Below the pieces are notes generated by a model that was not told the origin of the DNA, made no database searches, and saw nothing but the letters and a program-made list of their open reading frames with translations. A DNA stretch of 47,676 nucleotides from the NCBI GenBank assembly GCA_023230905.1, contig JALNWL010000001.1:1-47676 (forward strand), read 5' to 3'. Positions 1-10,159 of the stretch are shown piece after piece (position 1 is the stretch's first letter; every line of letters begins with the position of its first letter). The position numbers and the translations under genes were made by a program. The stretch is from Syntrophales bacterium (GTDB lineage Bacteria > Desulfobacterota > Syntrophia > Syntrophales > UBA2251).

Positions 1-1
1 G

Positions 2-622
2 GCCACCTTCGGCCTGCTGCTGCTTCACGCCCTGCTCGCCCTGGTGGGATCCCAGGACCTCGCGGAGGGCCATCCGCTCGGGCGCCTTCTGGACGTCTTG
101 ATCGTCCTGGCGGGGTGGACGGGCCTGATCCTGGGGAACATCGGCTGCCTGGGGCTTTTCCATCGGCGGCTCGCCGATCCGGAATTGAGGGACTACGCGA
201 GCTTCGCCGATTACCTCAATCTCGGATTTATTTTTCTGTTCTTCCTCTGCGCCTTCGCGGCGGGTCTGGGCGATCCGTCGCTTGCGGGCGCCCGGGCCTA
301 TGCACTCGGCCTGCTGACCGCGGGGTCCGCGCCGGCGGCATCCGTTCCCGGTCCGTCCGCGGCCGGAATCGCAACCGTCGTCATGGCCTCACTCCTGGCC
401 GCCTATATCCCCCTGACGCACATGTCCCACATGCTGATGAAGTACTTCTTCTATCACAACGTCAAATGGGATGACGCCCCTAACCGCCGGGGCGGAAAGA
501 TCGAAGCGGCCGTCCGGAAAAACCTCGGGCTCAGGCCGACCTGGCAGGCCTGGCACGTGGGAGCGGACGGCCGGAAATCCTGGCGCGAGATCGCCGCTTC
601 GGAACCCGGAGAGATGAAATGA
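2..622 (+). CDS. NarI/DsrM-like integral membrane subunit, 5' end cut by window edge
   Basis: Frame is open from nt 2 (ATFGLLLLHALLAL...). Hydrophobic helices with C-terminal HMSHMLMKYFFYHNVKWDD tail. Stop TGA 620-622 overlaps ATG 619 of the next HdrD-like gene (ATGA coupling). Confidence 0.6.
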   Translation, partial: ATFGLLLLHALLALVGSQDLAEGHPLGRLLDVLIVLAGWTGLILGNIGCLGLFHRRLADPELRDYASFADYLNLGFIFLFFLCAFAAGLGDPSLAGARAYALGLLTAGSAPAASVPGPSAAGIATVVMASLLAAYIPLTHMSHMLMKYFFYHNVKWDDAPNRRGGKIEAAVRKNLGLRPTWQAWHVGADGRKSWREIAASEPGEMK

Positions 623-2232
623 GAACGAGACTCGCCCCCACAGACATCTCCCGGCCGTCCGACTGCCTGTCGCACATCGAGGCGGAGGATCTTGCGCCCC
701 TTCCGCCGCCCTATGAGGATTTCAATACCACGGCGATTCCCCCCCTCAAGCCGGAGAAGGTCCGGCACATCGAGACGTCCCTGGACGATACCGTGGCTCT
801 CGGCATCCCCAAGCCCGCAAGTCCGGAAGAGGAGGAGGCGCTGGTCCGCCAGTTCCTCTCCGGCCTGAAAAAACTCTTCGAGAAGGAAAACAACTGGACG
901 TTTCTGCAGCCGCTGCTTCTGTCCATGGAACACTGCGCCAAATGCCAGACCTGCGCCGACGCCTGCCCCGTTTTTGAAATGAGCGGCCGGAAGGAGATCT
1001 ACCGGCCCATCTTCCGAGCCGAGGTCCTGCGCCGGATTTACAAAAAGTATCTGAGGCCGGGCGGGAAGATCACGGCCAAGCTGACCGGCGACATCGATTT
1101 GAACTGGACGGCGATCGCGCGCCTGGCCGAGTTGTCCTATCGCTGCACCCTCTGCCGCCGCTGCGCCGCGGCCTGCCCGATCGGCGTGGACAACGGCCTG
1201 ATCGCGCACGAGATCCGCAAGCTCTTCTCGCAGGAAATGGGCATCGCCCCCAAGGAACTCCACGAAAAAGGAACCGTCCAGCATCTTCAGGTCGGCTCCT
1301 CCACCGGCATGAAACCCCCGGGCGCGAAGGACAGCCTCGAGTTCATCCAGGAAGAGATGGAAGAGATCACGGGCTACAAGGTGGACATCCCCTGGGATGT
1401 GGAAGGCGCGGACATCCTGCTCATCCACAATGCCGGCGAGATCCTGGCCTGGCCGGACAATGTCGGGGCGTTCGCCGTCATATTTCAGGCGGCCGGCGTT
1501 TCGTGGACACTGTCTTCGGAGGCGGCCGGTTACGACGTGGTCAACTACGGGCTGTGGTACGACGATGTCCAGTTTTCCCGTGTTGCCGTCCGGCATGCCG
1601 ATATCGCCCGCCGCCTCAAGGTCAAAAAGATCGTCATCGGCGAATGCGGCCATGCGCACAAGGCGCTCACGGTCGTCGCCGACCGCCTGCTGACGGGCGA
1701 TCTCAACATCCCGCGCGAATCCGCCTTGGTCACGCTCGCGGACATCGTCCTCAGCGGTAAATTGCGGCTCGATCCCCGCAGAAACGATTTCCCCGTGACG
1801 CTGCACGATCCCTGCAACATCGTGCGTTCCATGGGGATCGTGGCGCCCCAGCGGCGCATCCTGAAAAAGATCGCGCCGCGCTTCCGGGAAATGACGCCGC
1901 ACGGGGTGGAGAATTACTGCTGCGGCGGCGGTTCCGGGTTCGCCATCATGTCGGGACACAACTTCGTCGACTGGCGGAACCGGGTCAGTTCCCGCAAGAA
2001 ATTCCTGCAGATCTTGGCCGCCTTCGCCAACGAGCCGGCGGAGGTCCCGAAGTACGTCTGCGCCCCCTGCTCGAACTGCAAGGGCGCCATCCGGGATCTG
2101 ATCCGCTATTACCACGCGGAGGAACGCAGCCGCCTGTATTACGGCGGGCTGGTCGACCTGATCGTCAATGCCATGGCGGACATGAAAAAGCCGATCATCC
2201 GCTTCGGCGACGAACCGTCGTGGAAAGCCTGA
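619..2232 (+). CDS. HdrD/DsrK-like cytoplasmic Fe-S (CCG-domain) oxidoreductase subunit
   Basis: Two ferredoxin-type motifs (CAKCQTCADACP, CTLCRRCAAACP) and Cys-rich CCG-type motifs (NYCCGGGSGF, CAPCSNCKG). Translationally coupled to the upstream membrane subunit. Confidence 0.8.
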   Translation: MRTRLAPTDISRPSDCLSHIEAEDLAPLPPPYEDFNTTAIPPLKPEKVRHIETSLDDTVALGIPKPASPEEEEALVRQFLSGLKKLFEKENNWTFLQPLLLSMEHCAKCQTCADACPVFEMSGRKEIYRPIFRAEVLRRIYKKYLRPGGKITAKLTGDIDLNWTAIARLAELSYRCTLCRRCAAACPIGVDNGLIAHEIRKLFSQEMGIAPKELHEKGTVQHLQVGSSTGMKPPGAKDSLEFIQEEMEEITGYKVDIPWDVEGADILLIHNAGEILAWPDNVGAFAVIFQAAGVSWTLSSEAAGYDVVNYGLWYDDVQFSRVAVRHADIARRLKVKKIVIGECGHAHKALTVVADRLLTGDLNIPRESALVTLADIVLSGKLRLDPRRNDFPVTLHDPCNIVRSMGIVAPQRRILKKIAPRFREMTPHGVENYCCGGGSGFAIMSGHNFVDWRNRVSSRKKFLQILAAFANEPAEVPKYVCAPCSNCKGAIRDLIRYYHAEERSRLYYGGLVDLIVNAMADMKKPIIRFGDEPSWKA

Positions 2233-2263
2233 TCAAACGAACGAGGCAGAAGGAATCGCCCTC

Positions 2264-3301
2264 ATGACCCTTTTCGCACCGCTCATCGCCATCGCCCTCC
2301 TGATCGCCCTCCCCCTCGCGGGACTGGCGGCGAGCGGGGAAGGTTTGCTGGCCGTCGGCGTCCCCTACGCGGCCCTGGCGGTGCTCGTCGTCGGATTCGT
2401 CCGGCGCATCGCCCGCTGGGCGAACGCGCCCGTCCCCTTCCGCATCCCCACGACGGCGGGGCAGGGGCGCTCGCTCGACGGGATCAAACCGGACCGCCTC
2501 GACAACCCCGCGACGACCTGGGGCGTCCTCGGCCGGATGGCGCTTGAAATCCTCTGTTTCCGGTCGCTCTTCCGGAACACGAAACAACGCCTGGCGCCTC
2601 CGGCGCGGGCGGAAAGCGCCGGGGACAAAGCGGCGGCCACGGCCCGACCCGTTTATGTCAGCGCCAAGGGCCTGTGGTTCTTCGCGCTGCTCTTTCACGG
2701 GTCGCTTCTGGTGATCGTGCTCCGGCACCTGCGCTTCTTTCTCACGCCGGTCCCGACCTGGGTCGACGGCCTGATCGCGCTCGACGGCCTCTTCGCCGTC
2801 GGCCTCCCGACCGCCTACCTGTCCGACGCGGCGCTTCTCGCGGCCCTCTTGTTCCTGCTTCTCCGGCGGGTCCTGATCCAGCAGGTTCGCTACATCACGC
2901 TGGCGGCGGATTATTTTCCGCTGTTGTTGATCGGCGCAATCGCCGTTTCCGGCCTCCTGCTGCGGCATGCCTTCAAGGTCGATCTCAACCAGGTGAAGGC
3001 GCTCGCGGTGGGCTGGGCCACCTTTTCCCCGGCGGTCCCGGCGGAAACAGAGGCGTTCTTCTTCGTCCATCTCTTCCTGGTGTGCGCCCTGGCCGCCTAT
3101 CTCCCGTTCGGAAAACTCATGCATGGGGCGGGCGTTTTCCTGAGCCCCACCCGGAACCTCGCCAACGACAACCGGCGGCGGCGTCACGTGAACCCCTGGA
3201 ACGCGCCGGTGAAGGTGCATCCCTACGAAGAATACGAGGACGAATTCCGGGGCAAGATGAAGGCGGCGGGCATCCCCGTCGAGCGGGAGGAAGGATCATG
3301 A
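2264..3301 (+). CDS. dsrM: DsrM, membrane quinol-interacting subunit of DsrMKJOP
   Basis: Multi-helix NarI-like membrane protein with GAAGGAA RBS before ATG 2264. Sits first in a canonical M-K-J-O-P gene order. Confidence 0.8.
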   Translation: MTLFAPLIAIALLIALPLAGLAASGEGLLAVGVPYAALAVLVVGFVRRIARWANAPVPFRIPTTAGQGRSLDGIKPDRLDNPATTWGVLGRMALEILCFRSLFRNTKQRLAPPARAESAGDKAAATARPVYVSAKGLWFFALLFHGSLLVIVLRHLRFFLTPVPTWVDGLIALDGLFAVGLPTAYLSDAALLAALLFLLLRRVLIQQVRYITLAADYFPLLLIGAIAVSGLLLRHAFKVDLNQVKALAVGWATFSPAVPAETEAFFFVHLFLVCALAAYLPFGKLMHGAGVFLSPTRNLANDNRRRRHVNPWNAPVKVHPYEEYEDEFRGKMKAAGIPVEREEGS

Positions 3302-3373
3302 GACGGTTAGACTCCCGTTTCGCGAAGGGCGAAACGGAGACTTCCCGCAGAAATATCGACAGGACGTGCAACC

Positions 3374-5011
3374 ATGGCAATCGATAAACTTCCGACGCCC
3401 GAAGAACTGAGCCATATCGACTACCGGCCTCCCGGAACCGGATGGCGGAACACCCCGGTGGATTTCCGTCCGGGGACCTGGTGCTACAGCGCCACCCCGA
3501 AAAGCCTGACCACCCTGGATCTCCCCAATCCCCGGCAGTGGCAGCCGTCGGACGCGGACTGGAAGCTCCCTGAGAACTGGCGAACAATCATCCTCGATGG
3601 CATGCGGGAGCGCCTGGAGAAGTACCGGTCGTTCCGGCTCTTCATGGACATCTGCGTCCGCTGTGGGGCCTGTGCGGACAAGTGCCACTTCTACATCGGG
3701 ACGGGAGATCCGAAGAACATGCCGATCCTGAGGGCGGAACTGATCCGGAGCGTCTACCGCCGCTACTTCACGACGGCCGGGCGCATCCTCGGCCCTCTCG
3801 CCGGGGCGCGGGACCTGACCGAGGACGTCCTGAAGGAGTGGTTCTACTACTTCTACCAGTGCACGGAGTGCCGCCGCTGCTCCGTCTTCTGCCCCTACGG
3901 CATCGACCAGGCGGAGATCACGATGATCGGCCGGGAGCTTCTGACCCTCGTCGGCTGCAACATCAACTGGGTCCTCGAACCGGCGGCGAACTGCTTTCGG
4001 ACGGGGAACCACCTGGGCATCCCGCCCCACGGGATCAGGGATATGCTCGACTTCCTCGTCGACGATATCAAGGACCGCACGGGCGTCCGCGTGGAGGTCC
4101 CCCTGAACCGGAAGGGCGCCGAGATCCTCTTCGTCACGCCGTCGGGGGACTACTTTGCCGACCCGGGCACCTACACCTGCATGGGCTACCTGATGCTCTT
4201 CCACGAGCTTGGTCTCGACTACACGATGAGCACCTACGCCTCCGAAGGGGGAAATTTCGGCCTGTTCACCTCCCACGAGATGATCAAGCGCTTAAACGCC
4301 AAGATCTACGCCGAGGCGAAGCGCCTGGGCGTGAAGTGGATCCTGGGCGGCGAGTGCGGCCACATGTGGCGGGTCGTCCACCAGTACATGGACACGATGA
4401 ACGGCCCGGCCGATTTCCTCGAGGTCCCCGTCTCGCCCATCACGGGAACGCGGTTCGAAAACGCCGCCGGGACGAAGATGGTCCACATCGCCGAGTTCAC
4501 GGCCGACCTGATCCAAAACGGAAAACTCAGGCTCGACCCCGCCCGGAACGACCACCTGAGGGTCACCTTCCACGACTCGTGCAACCCCGCGCGGGCAATG
4601 GGCCTCCTGGAGGAGCCGCGCACGATTATCCGGCATGCCTGCAACCATTTCTTCGAGATGCCGGAAGATACGATCCGTGAAAAGACCCTCTGCTGCGGTG
4701 GCGGGGCGGGACTGGGAACGGACGAGAACATGGAGATGCGGATGCGCGGGGGCTACCCCCGGGCGATGGCGGTGAAACATGTCCGGGAACGGCACGGCGT
4801 GAACCGCTTGGCCTGCATGTGCGCCATCGACCGGGTAACGCTACCGCCCCTGATGGATTACTGGGTCCCCGGGGTCGGGGTCACGGGCGTGCACGAGCTC
4901 TTGGGCAATGCCCTGATCCTGACGGGAGAAAAGCAACGGACGACGGACCTGCGGGGAGAGCCCCTCCTCCGGGCGTCGCATGCGGACGGGGTACACGAAG
5001 CGAAGGGATGA
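3374..5011 (+). CDS. dsrK: DsrK, HdrD-like catalytic Fe-S subunit of DsrMKJOP
   Basis: CVRCGACADKCH and CTECRRCSVFCPYG cluster motifs plus CCGGGAGLG CCG motif. About 545 aa, located between dsrM and dsrJ. Confidence 0.85.
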   Translation: MAIDKLPTPEELSHIDYRPPGTGWRNTPVDFRPGTWCYSATPKSLTTLDLPNPRQWQPSDADWKLPENWRTIILDGMRERLEKYRSFRLFMDICVRCGACADKCHFYIGTGDPKNMPILRAELIRSVYRRYFTTAGRILGPLAGARDLTEDVLKEWFYYFYQCTECRRCSVFCPYGIDQAEITMIGRELLTLVGCNINWVLEPAANCFRTGNHLGIPPHGIRDMLDFLVDDIKDRTGVRVEVPLNRKGAEILFVTPSGDYFADPGTYTCMGYLMLFHELGLDYTMSTYASEGGNFGLFTSHEMIKRLNAKIYAEAKRLGVKWILGGECGHMWRVVHQYMDTMNGPADFLEVPVSPITGTRFENAAGTKMVHIAEFTADLIQNGKLRLDPARNDHLRVTFHDSCNPARAMGLLEEPRTIIRHACNHFFEMPEDTIREKTLCCGGGAGLGTDENMEMRMRGGYPRAMAVKHVRERHGVNRLACMCAIDRVTLPPLMDYWVPGVGVTGVHELLGNALILTGEKQRTTDLRGEPLLRASHADGVHEAKG

Positions 5012-5072
5012 AGCGGCGGGGCGAGGCGGACCCGTTCGGGGGCGCCTGCCGCCGGGAGAGGATCATCGGACC

Positions 5073-5579
5073 ATGAAGGGAACGGATCGCTGGAAAATCT
5101 TTGCGGGGTTGTTCGTCTTCCTCGCGCTCGCCGCCCTGCCCTTCTGGTACGGCGGGTGGGACAGGCCGGCGCCGGTCCTCGATCTCGACACCCCGGCCAT
5201 CCGGCAACTGCCGGAAAGGCGATGCGTCGAGGCCACCGCGTTCATGCGGGCGAACCACATGACGCTGCTGGCCGACTGGCGGGACGCCTCGACCCGGGAC
5301 GGGCGGCGGATCTACGTCGCGCGGGACGGGCGGGAAATCGAGGCGAGCCTGTCTCAGACGTGCCTGCGCTGCCACACCGACAAGACCCGCTTCTGCGACC
5401 GCTGTCACGACGACGCGGGCGTGAGTCCCACCTGCTGGGACTGCCACGTCGTCCCGGAGGACCGGCGTGAATCGGCGACGGTCACGCACAGGCAGAGGGG
5501 GGAAGGGGGGGACGTGTCCCCGTTCCCCGTTGACGTTGCCGCACGGGAAAAAGAAAGCCGGGGACCTGGTCCCCGATGA
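5073..5579 (+). CDS. dsrJ: DsrJ, triheme periplasmic cytochrome c
   Basis: N-terminal membrane anchor and exactly three CXXCH motifs (CLRCH, CDRCH, CWDCH). Has the RRCVEATAFMRANHM segment expected for the His/Cys-ligated haem. GGGAGAGG RBS before ATG 5073; the longer track ORF starting at 4980 is not needed. Confidence 0.8.
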   Translation: MKGTDRWKIFAGLFVFLALAALPFWYGGWDRPAPVLDLDTPAIRQLPERRCVEATAFMRANHMTLLADWRDASTRDGRRIYVARDGREIEASLSQTCLRCHTDKTRFCDRCHDDAGVSPTCWDCHVVPEDRRESATVTHRQRGEGGDVSPFPVDVAAREKESRGPGPR

Positions 5580-5603
5580 AACTTGCATGCAGGGACAGAG
5601 GTT

Positions 5604-6383
5604 ATGCACAGTAGCCGCAGAGACTTTTTGAAACTGACGGGCATTGCCCTGATCGGCGCCGCCGTCCCCGACGCGCTGCTTCCGGCCGGGCTTGCGCCGG
5701 CATGGGCGGGAGCACCCGGCTTCCGCCCGGATGTCCGCGCGCTCAAGGCCGCGCGCTGGGGGATGGTCATCGACCTCGCGAAATGCCGCCCGGACTGCAC
5801 GGACTGCATCGCCGCCTGCCACGCGGCCCACAACGTCCCCGCTTTCGGCAATCCGAAGGACGAGATCGCCTGGATCCGCCGGGAGACCTTCGGTCGGATC
5901 TTCCCCGCGCAGGTCCACAGGCACCTCGAACCCCGGCGTCAGGCGGGGCCGGTGATCGCCCTGTGCAACCACTGCGCGAATCCGCCCTGCGTCCGCGTCT
6001 GCCCCACGGGGGCGACCTTTCGGCGGCCCGACGGAATCGTCATGATGGACTACCACCGGTGCATCGGCTGCCGTTTCTGCATCGCGGCCTGCCCCTACGG
6101 CGCCCGCGGCATGAACTATCGCGATCCCCGGCCGTTCATCCGCCGCATCGATCCCGGGTTCCCGACGCGAACGAGGGGCGTCGTGGAGAAGTGCAATTTC
6201 TGTGTGGAGCGGCTGGCCGTGGGAAAGCCGCCCGCGTGCGTCGCGGCCTGTCCCTACGGCGCCCTGACTTTCGGCGACCTGGAGGCGCCCGACTCCGCGG
6301 TGCGGCGCGCAATCGCCGGAAGAACGGTCCTCCGGCGTAAACCGGAACTGGGCACGGAGCCCCAAGTTTATTATACGTTATAA
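5604..6383 (+). CDS. dsrO: DsrO, Tat-exported 4Fe-4S ferredoxin-like subunit
   Basis: Twin-arginine signal SRRDFLK and several CxxCxxCxxxCP motifs (CIGCRFCIAACP, CNFCVERL...CVAACP). ATG 5604 is preceded by AGAGG; the track start 5583 is a TTG. Confidence 0.85.
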   Translation: MHSSRRDFLKLTGIALIGAAVPDALLPAGLAPAWAGAPGFRPDVRALKAARWGMVIDLAKCRPDCTDCIAACHAAHNVPAFGNPKDEIAWIRRETFGRIFPAQVHRHLEPRRQAGPVIALCNHCANPPCVRVCPTGATFRRPDGIVMMDYHRCIGCRFCIAACPYGARGMNYRDPRPFIRRIDPGFPTRTRGVVEKCNFCVERLAVGKPPACVAACPYGALTFGDLEAPDSAVRRAIAGRTVLRRKPELGTEPQVYYTL

Positions 6384-6404
6384 GATGAGGAACCGGGGGA
6401 TGAC

Positions 6405-7562
6405 ATGCTAGAGAAGGCCCTGCACGGAAATCACCGCTACTGGGGATGGCTCGCGTTCCTCGCCGTCGTCGTCGGCGCGGGCGCGTTTTTCTACCTCCGG
6501 CAGCTCGACTACGGCCTGGGCATCACGGGGATGAGCCGGGACGTCACCTGGGGGCTCTACATCGCCCAGTTCACGTTTCTGGTCGGGATCGCCGCCTCGG
6601 CCGTCATGGTCGTCCTGCCCTATTACCTCCACGACTACAAGGCGTTCGGCCGGATCACGATCCTGGGCGAATTCCTCGCGGTCGCCGCCGTCGTCATGTG
6701 CGTGACCTTCATCGTCATCGACCTCGGCCGGCCTGAACGCGCCTTCAACGTCCTGCTGCACCCTGCCCCCCGCTCTATCCTCTTCTGGGACATGGTCGTC
6801 CTGACGGGCTACCTCGTGCTCAACCTCGTTATCGGCTGGACGGTCCTGGAGAACGAGCGCAACGGCAAGGCGCCGCCCGCCTGGGTCAAGCCCCTGATCC
6901 TGCTTTCGATCCCCTGGGCGATCAGTATTCATACGGTCACGGCCTTCATCTACGCCGGCCTGCCGGGACGGGACTTCTGGCTGACGGCCATCATGGCCCC
7001 CCGCTTTCTCGCCTCCGCCTTCGCCTCGGGGCCTGCGCTGCTCGTGCTCCTCTGCCTCGTTCTGCGGCGCTGGGGCGGCTTCGACGCGGGCCGCGAGCCG
7101 CTCCAGGCGCTGGCCCGGATCATCGCCTACGCCTTGGCGGCGAGCCTCTTCTTCGTCCTCATGGAGCTCTTCACGGCCTTCTACAGCGGCATCCCCGGCC
7201 ACACGGAACCGTTCCGCTACCTCTACGCCGGTCTGGACGGGCACACGCGGCTTGTCCCGTGGATGTGGACCTCGGCCGTCCTGGCGGTCCTGGCCCTCGT
7301 GCTCCTGATCGTTCCGGCGCTGCGGCGCAACGAAGCCTGGCTCGCCCTGGCCTGCCTGGCCGTCTTCGCCTCGCTGTGGATCGAAAAAGGGCTGGGGCTT
7401 GTCGTCACGGGGTTCATCCCCTCCCCCCTGGGCCAGATCACCGAATACACGCCCACCGGCCCCGAGGTCGCGATCACGCTGGGCGTCTGGGCGCTGGGAT
7501 TCGTCATCCTGACGGCCCTCTACAGGATCGCCCTGGGCGTCAGGAAGGAAACGGAGGCATAG
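6405..7562 (+). CDS. dsrP: DsrP, NrfD/PsrC-like integral membrane subunit
   Basis: About 10 hydrophobic helices, NrfD-like size, located directly after dsrO. Confidence 0.8.
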   Translation: MLEKALHGNHRYWGWLAFLAVVVGAGAFFYLRQLDYGLGITGMSRDVTWGLYIAQFTFLVGIAASAVMVVLPYYLHDYKAFGRITILGEFLAVAAVVMCVTFIVIDLGRPERAFNVLLHPAPRSILFWDMVVLTGYLVLNLVIGWTVLENERNGKAPPAWVKPLILLSIPWAISIHTVTAFIYAGLPGRDFWLTAIMAPRFLASAFASGPALLVLLCLVLRRWGGFDAGREPLQALARIIAYALAASLFFVLMELFTAFYSGIPGHTEPFRYLYAGLDGHTRLVPWMWTSAVLAVLALVLLIVPALRRNEAWLALACLAVFASLWIEKGLGLVVTGFIPSPLGQITEYTPTGPEVAITLGVWALGFVILTALYRIALGVRKETEA

Positions 7563-7568
7563 ACGATC

Positions 7569-8771
7569 ATGAAGACCCTCTACGTCGAGACCACGCCCGC
7601 CCGCTTCCTCGCCGTCAAGACCCTCCGCGGGCTCTGGCCGGGCGTGCTGTGGAGCCGCCTGTCCACGCTCCAGTATCGGGAGATGACGCCGACCGCCCCG
7701 CCGGCCGGCTGGGTCCACGTGAAAAATCACCAAGGCGGAATCTGCGGAAGCGATCTGCACCTGATCTTCCTCGACGCCGATCTGAGCGTCCACCCGGCCC
7801 TCCTGCCGGGCAGCACACGCAAGTACCTGGGGCACGAACTCGTGGGGCACGTCCTGGAAGCACCCCCGGACAGCGGCTTCAAGCCCGGCGACCGGGTCAT
7901 CCGGCAGATGCGCACCGGCGGCGGCTCCTGCCTGGCGCATGGCCTCGCCCCCTGCGGTTTCTGCCGGGCGGGTCAGTATCACCAATGCGAGCGAACGGGA
8001 CTCCCGGATTCCATCGGCGGGGGACTGAGCGACGAGCTTTACCTCCCCGCCGGGGGCCTGATGGCGGTCCCCGACGATCTCGCGGACGCGCAGGCGGTTC
8101 TGGTCGAGCCGGCGGCCTGCGCCATCCACGGGGTTCTGCGCGCACCGCCCAATCCCGGGGAGGCGGTCCTCGTCTACGGGGCGGGCACGATCGCCTATTT
8201 CGTCCTGCAGGTCCTCCGAATCGTCCTTCCGGACTGCCGGATCACGGCGATCGCCGAATTCCCCTTTCAGGAAGACATGGCCCGGCGGTGCGGGGCGGAC
8301 GAGGTCTGGCTGGCGCACGACGATCTCCTCGCCAGGACCGCGGCGCGGACGGGGGGGCGGGTCGTCACCGGCCGGGCAAACCGCCGGACCCTCCTGGGCG
8401 GCTTCGACCGGATCTACGACTGCGTGGGTGTCGCCGCGACCCTCGGGCTCTCCCTGCGCCTCGCGCGGGCGCGCGGCACCGTCATCCTGATCGGCGTTAC
8501 CCTCAAACCCCTGACGCTGGACATGACGCCGGTGTGGTACAATGAGGTGAACCTGGTGGGCAGCGTCTCCTTCGCCGCCGAAGCGTGGCGAGGGGAGCGG
8601 ATCCGGGACTTCGATCTCGCCATCCGCTGGATGCGGGAGGGGCGGCTGAAGACGGAGGGGTTCGCCACGCACCGCTTCCCGCTGGAACGGTACCGGGAGG
8701 CGATCCTGGCCGCCGTGCGGAAGGCGTCCAGCCGCTCCGTGAAAGTGGTGCTGGAGATGGAGAAGAGCTGA
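7569..8771 (+). CDS. Zn-dependent alcohol dehydrogenase (MDR superfamily), substrate unknown
   Basis: GICGSDLH and GHE catalytic Zn motifs, structural Zn Cys cluster [20 protein letters not shown], and VYGAGTIA nucleotide fold. Starts only 6 nt after the dsrP stop. Confidence 0.8.
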   Translation: MKTLYVETTPARFLAVKTLRGLWPGVLWSRLSTLQYREMTPTAPPAGWVHVKNHQGGICGSDLHLIFLDADLSVHPALLPGSTRKYLGHELVGHVLEAPPDSGFKPGDRVIRQMRTGGGSCLAHGLAPCGFCRAGQYHQCERTGLPDSIGGGLSDELYLPAGGLMAVPDDLADAQAVLVEPAACAIHGVLRAPPNPGEAVLVYGAGTIAYFVLQVLRIVLPDCRITAIAEFPFQEDMARRCGADEVWLAHDDLLARTAARTGGRVVTGRANRRTLLGGFDRIYDCVGVAATLGLSLRLARARGTVILIGVTLKPLTLDMTPVWYNEVNLVGSVSFAAEAWRGERIRDFDLAIRWMREGRLKTEGFATHRFPLERYREAILAAVRKASSRSVKVVLEMEKS

Positions 8772-8861
8772 GGGCGAACGGTCAACGGCGTAAAGCGAAG
8801 GGAACGGACCAAGGCGCAGGTCAAGCGACCCCGGGGAAAAGATTTGAATACAAAAATGGCC

Positions 8862-10073
8862 ATGAAGATTCTGGTTCTCAACTGCGGAGGCTCGTCGGTG
8901 AAGTACAAGCTCTACGACATGGAAAGCGGCCGGGTGGTGGCGCTCGGCTTTGCGGAACGGATCGGCCTGGCGGGCTCCGGGATCCGTCATCAGGCGGAGG
9001 GCGCGGCGGCCGTTTCCTTCGAACACACCCTGCGGGATCACCGGGAAGCGCTGGAAATCCTACTCGGGATGCGGCCCGGCGGTCCGCGTGCGGGCAGCAT
9101 CGACCCCGCGGCGATCACGGCCATCGGTCACCGGGTGGTCCACGGCGGCGAATATTTCCGGACCCCCGTGATCATCGACGACGCGGTCCTCGTCAATCTG
9201 AAGGCGTGCAGCACGCTGGCCCCTCTCCACAACCCCCACAACCTGGCGGGAATCGAGGTCTGCCGGAAACTGCTGACGGAGGTGCCGCAGGTGGCCGTCT
9301 TCGACACGGCCTTCCACCAGACCATGCCCCCCCTGGCCTACACATACGCGATCCCGCATCGTTACTACGACACCTACCGGATCCGCAAATACGGCTTCCA
9401 CGGCACCTCCCACCGCTACGTGGCCGAGCGCGCCGCCGAACTCGCGGGCCGTCCCCTGGCGGAGCTGAAGATCGTAACCTGCCACCTCGGGGCGGGGTGC
9501 AGCCTCTGCGCCGTCCGCGACGGGCACTCCATCGATACGACGATGGGCTTCACGCCGCTCGCGGGTGTCGTCATGGGAACCCGCTCGGGGGACATCGATC
9601 CCGCCCTCGTCCCGTTCATCGCCGACAAGGAAGGCCTGCCGCCCGCCGCCGTTATGGACATCCTGAACTCCGAAAGCGGGGTTTTCGGGATCTCCGGGAT
9701 CTCCGGCGATTTCCGGGATCTCCTGAAGGCCGCGCGGGAGGGGAACGAACGGGCGACACTCGCCCTGGACGTCTTCACGTACAGCATCGCCAAGGGGATC
9801 GGTTCGCTCCTGCCGGCCCTGGAGGGACTCGACGCCCTCGTTTTCACGGCCGGCATCGGCGAGAACTCGCCCGACATCCGCAGGCTGATCTGCCGGCGTC
9901 TGGCATATTTCGGCATCACGCTGGACGATGGGAAGAATGCCCTTGCCCGAACGGAAACGGACGTCGCGACGACGGAGAGCCGGGTCAGGATCTACGTCAT
10001 CCCGACGGACGAGGAGCGCATGATCGCCCGGGAAACGCGGAAGCTCATCGATCCTGGGCGGGGACCCGGCTGA
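8862..10073 (+). CDS. ackA: acetate kinase
   Basis: Canonical N-terminus [18 protein letters not shown], with HRVVHGG and GFHGTSH motifs. The track start 8844 is a TTG; ATG 8862 gives the usual length of about 403 aa. Confidence 0.9.
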   Translation: MKILVLNCGGSSVKYKLYDMESGRVVALGFAERIGLAGSGIRHQAEGAAAVSFEHTLRDHREALEILLGMRPGGPRAGSIDPAAITAIGHRVVHGGEYFRTPVIIDDAVLVNLKACSTLAPLHNPHNLAGIEVCRKLLTEVPQVAVFDTAFHQTMPPLAYTYAIPHRYYDTYRIRKYGFHGTSHRYVAERAAELAGRPLAELKIVTCHLGAGCSLCAVRDGHSIDTTMGFTPLAGVVMGTRSGDIDPALVPFIADKEGLPPAAVMDILNSESGVFGISGISGDFRDLLKAAREGNERATLALDVFTYSIAKGIGSLLPALEGLDALVFTAGIGENSPDIRRLICRRLAYFGITLDDGKNALARTETDVATTESRVRIYVIPTDEERMIARETRKLIDPGRGPG

Positions 10074-10159
10074 AGGGCGGCAGCGGCAGCATCCCCCGCC
10101 GGGGAATCAAAGGGGTCAACCGGACAACGAACGAAATTCAACGCAATGGAGGTATCAAC

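Noticed and set aside
454-2115. Long antisense or alternative-frame ORFs, including 454-2115, 2195-3220, 3296-4276, 4881-6365, 9992-11887, 15341-16504, 23088-24464, 28297-29739, 33083-34687, 42499-44256 and 44370-45920
   Set aside because: Each overlaps a gene with strong motif evidence on the other strand or frame. Their products are compositionally biased (R/G/P/A/D) and lack any recognisable domain.
6408-9041. 877-aa minus-strand ORF, the longest in this part of the track
   Set aside because: It is antisense to dsrP, the ADH and ackA, which all carry clear family motifs. Its product is Arg/Gly/Pro/Asp-rich low complexity with no motif, a typical GC-rich antisense artefact.
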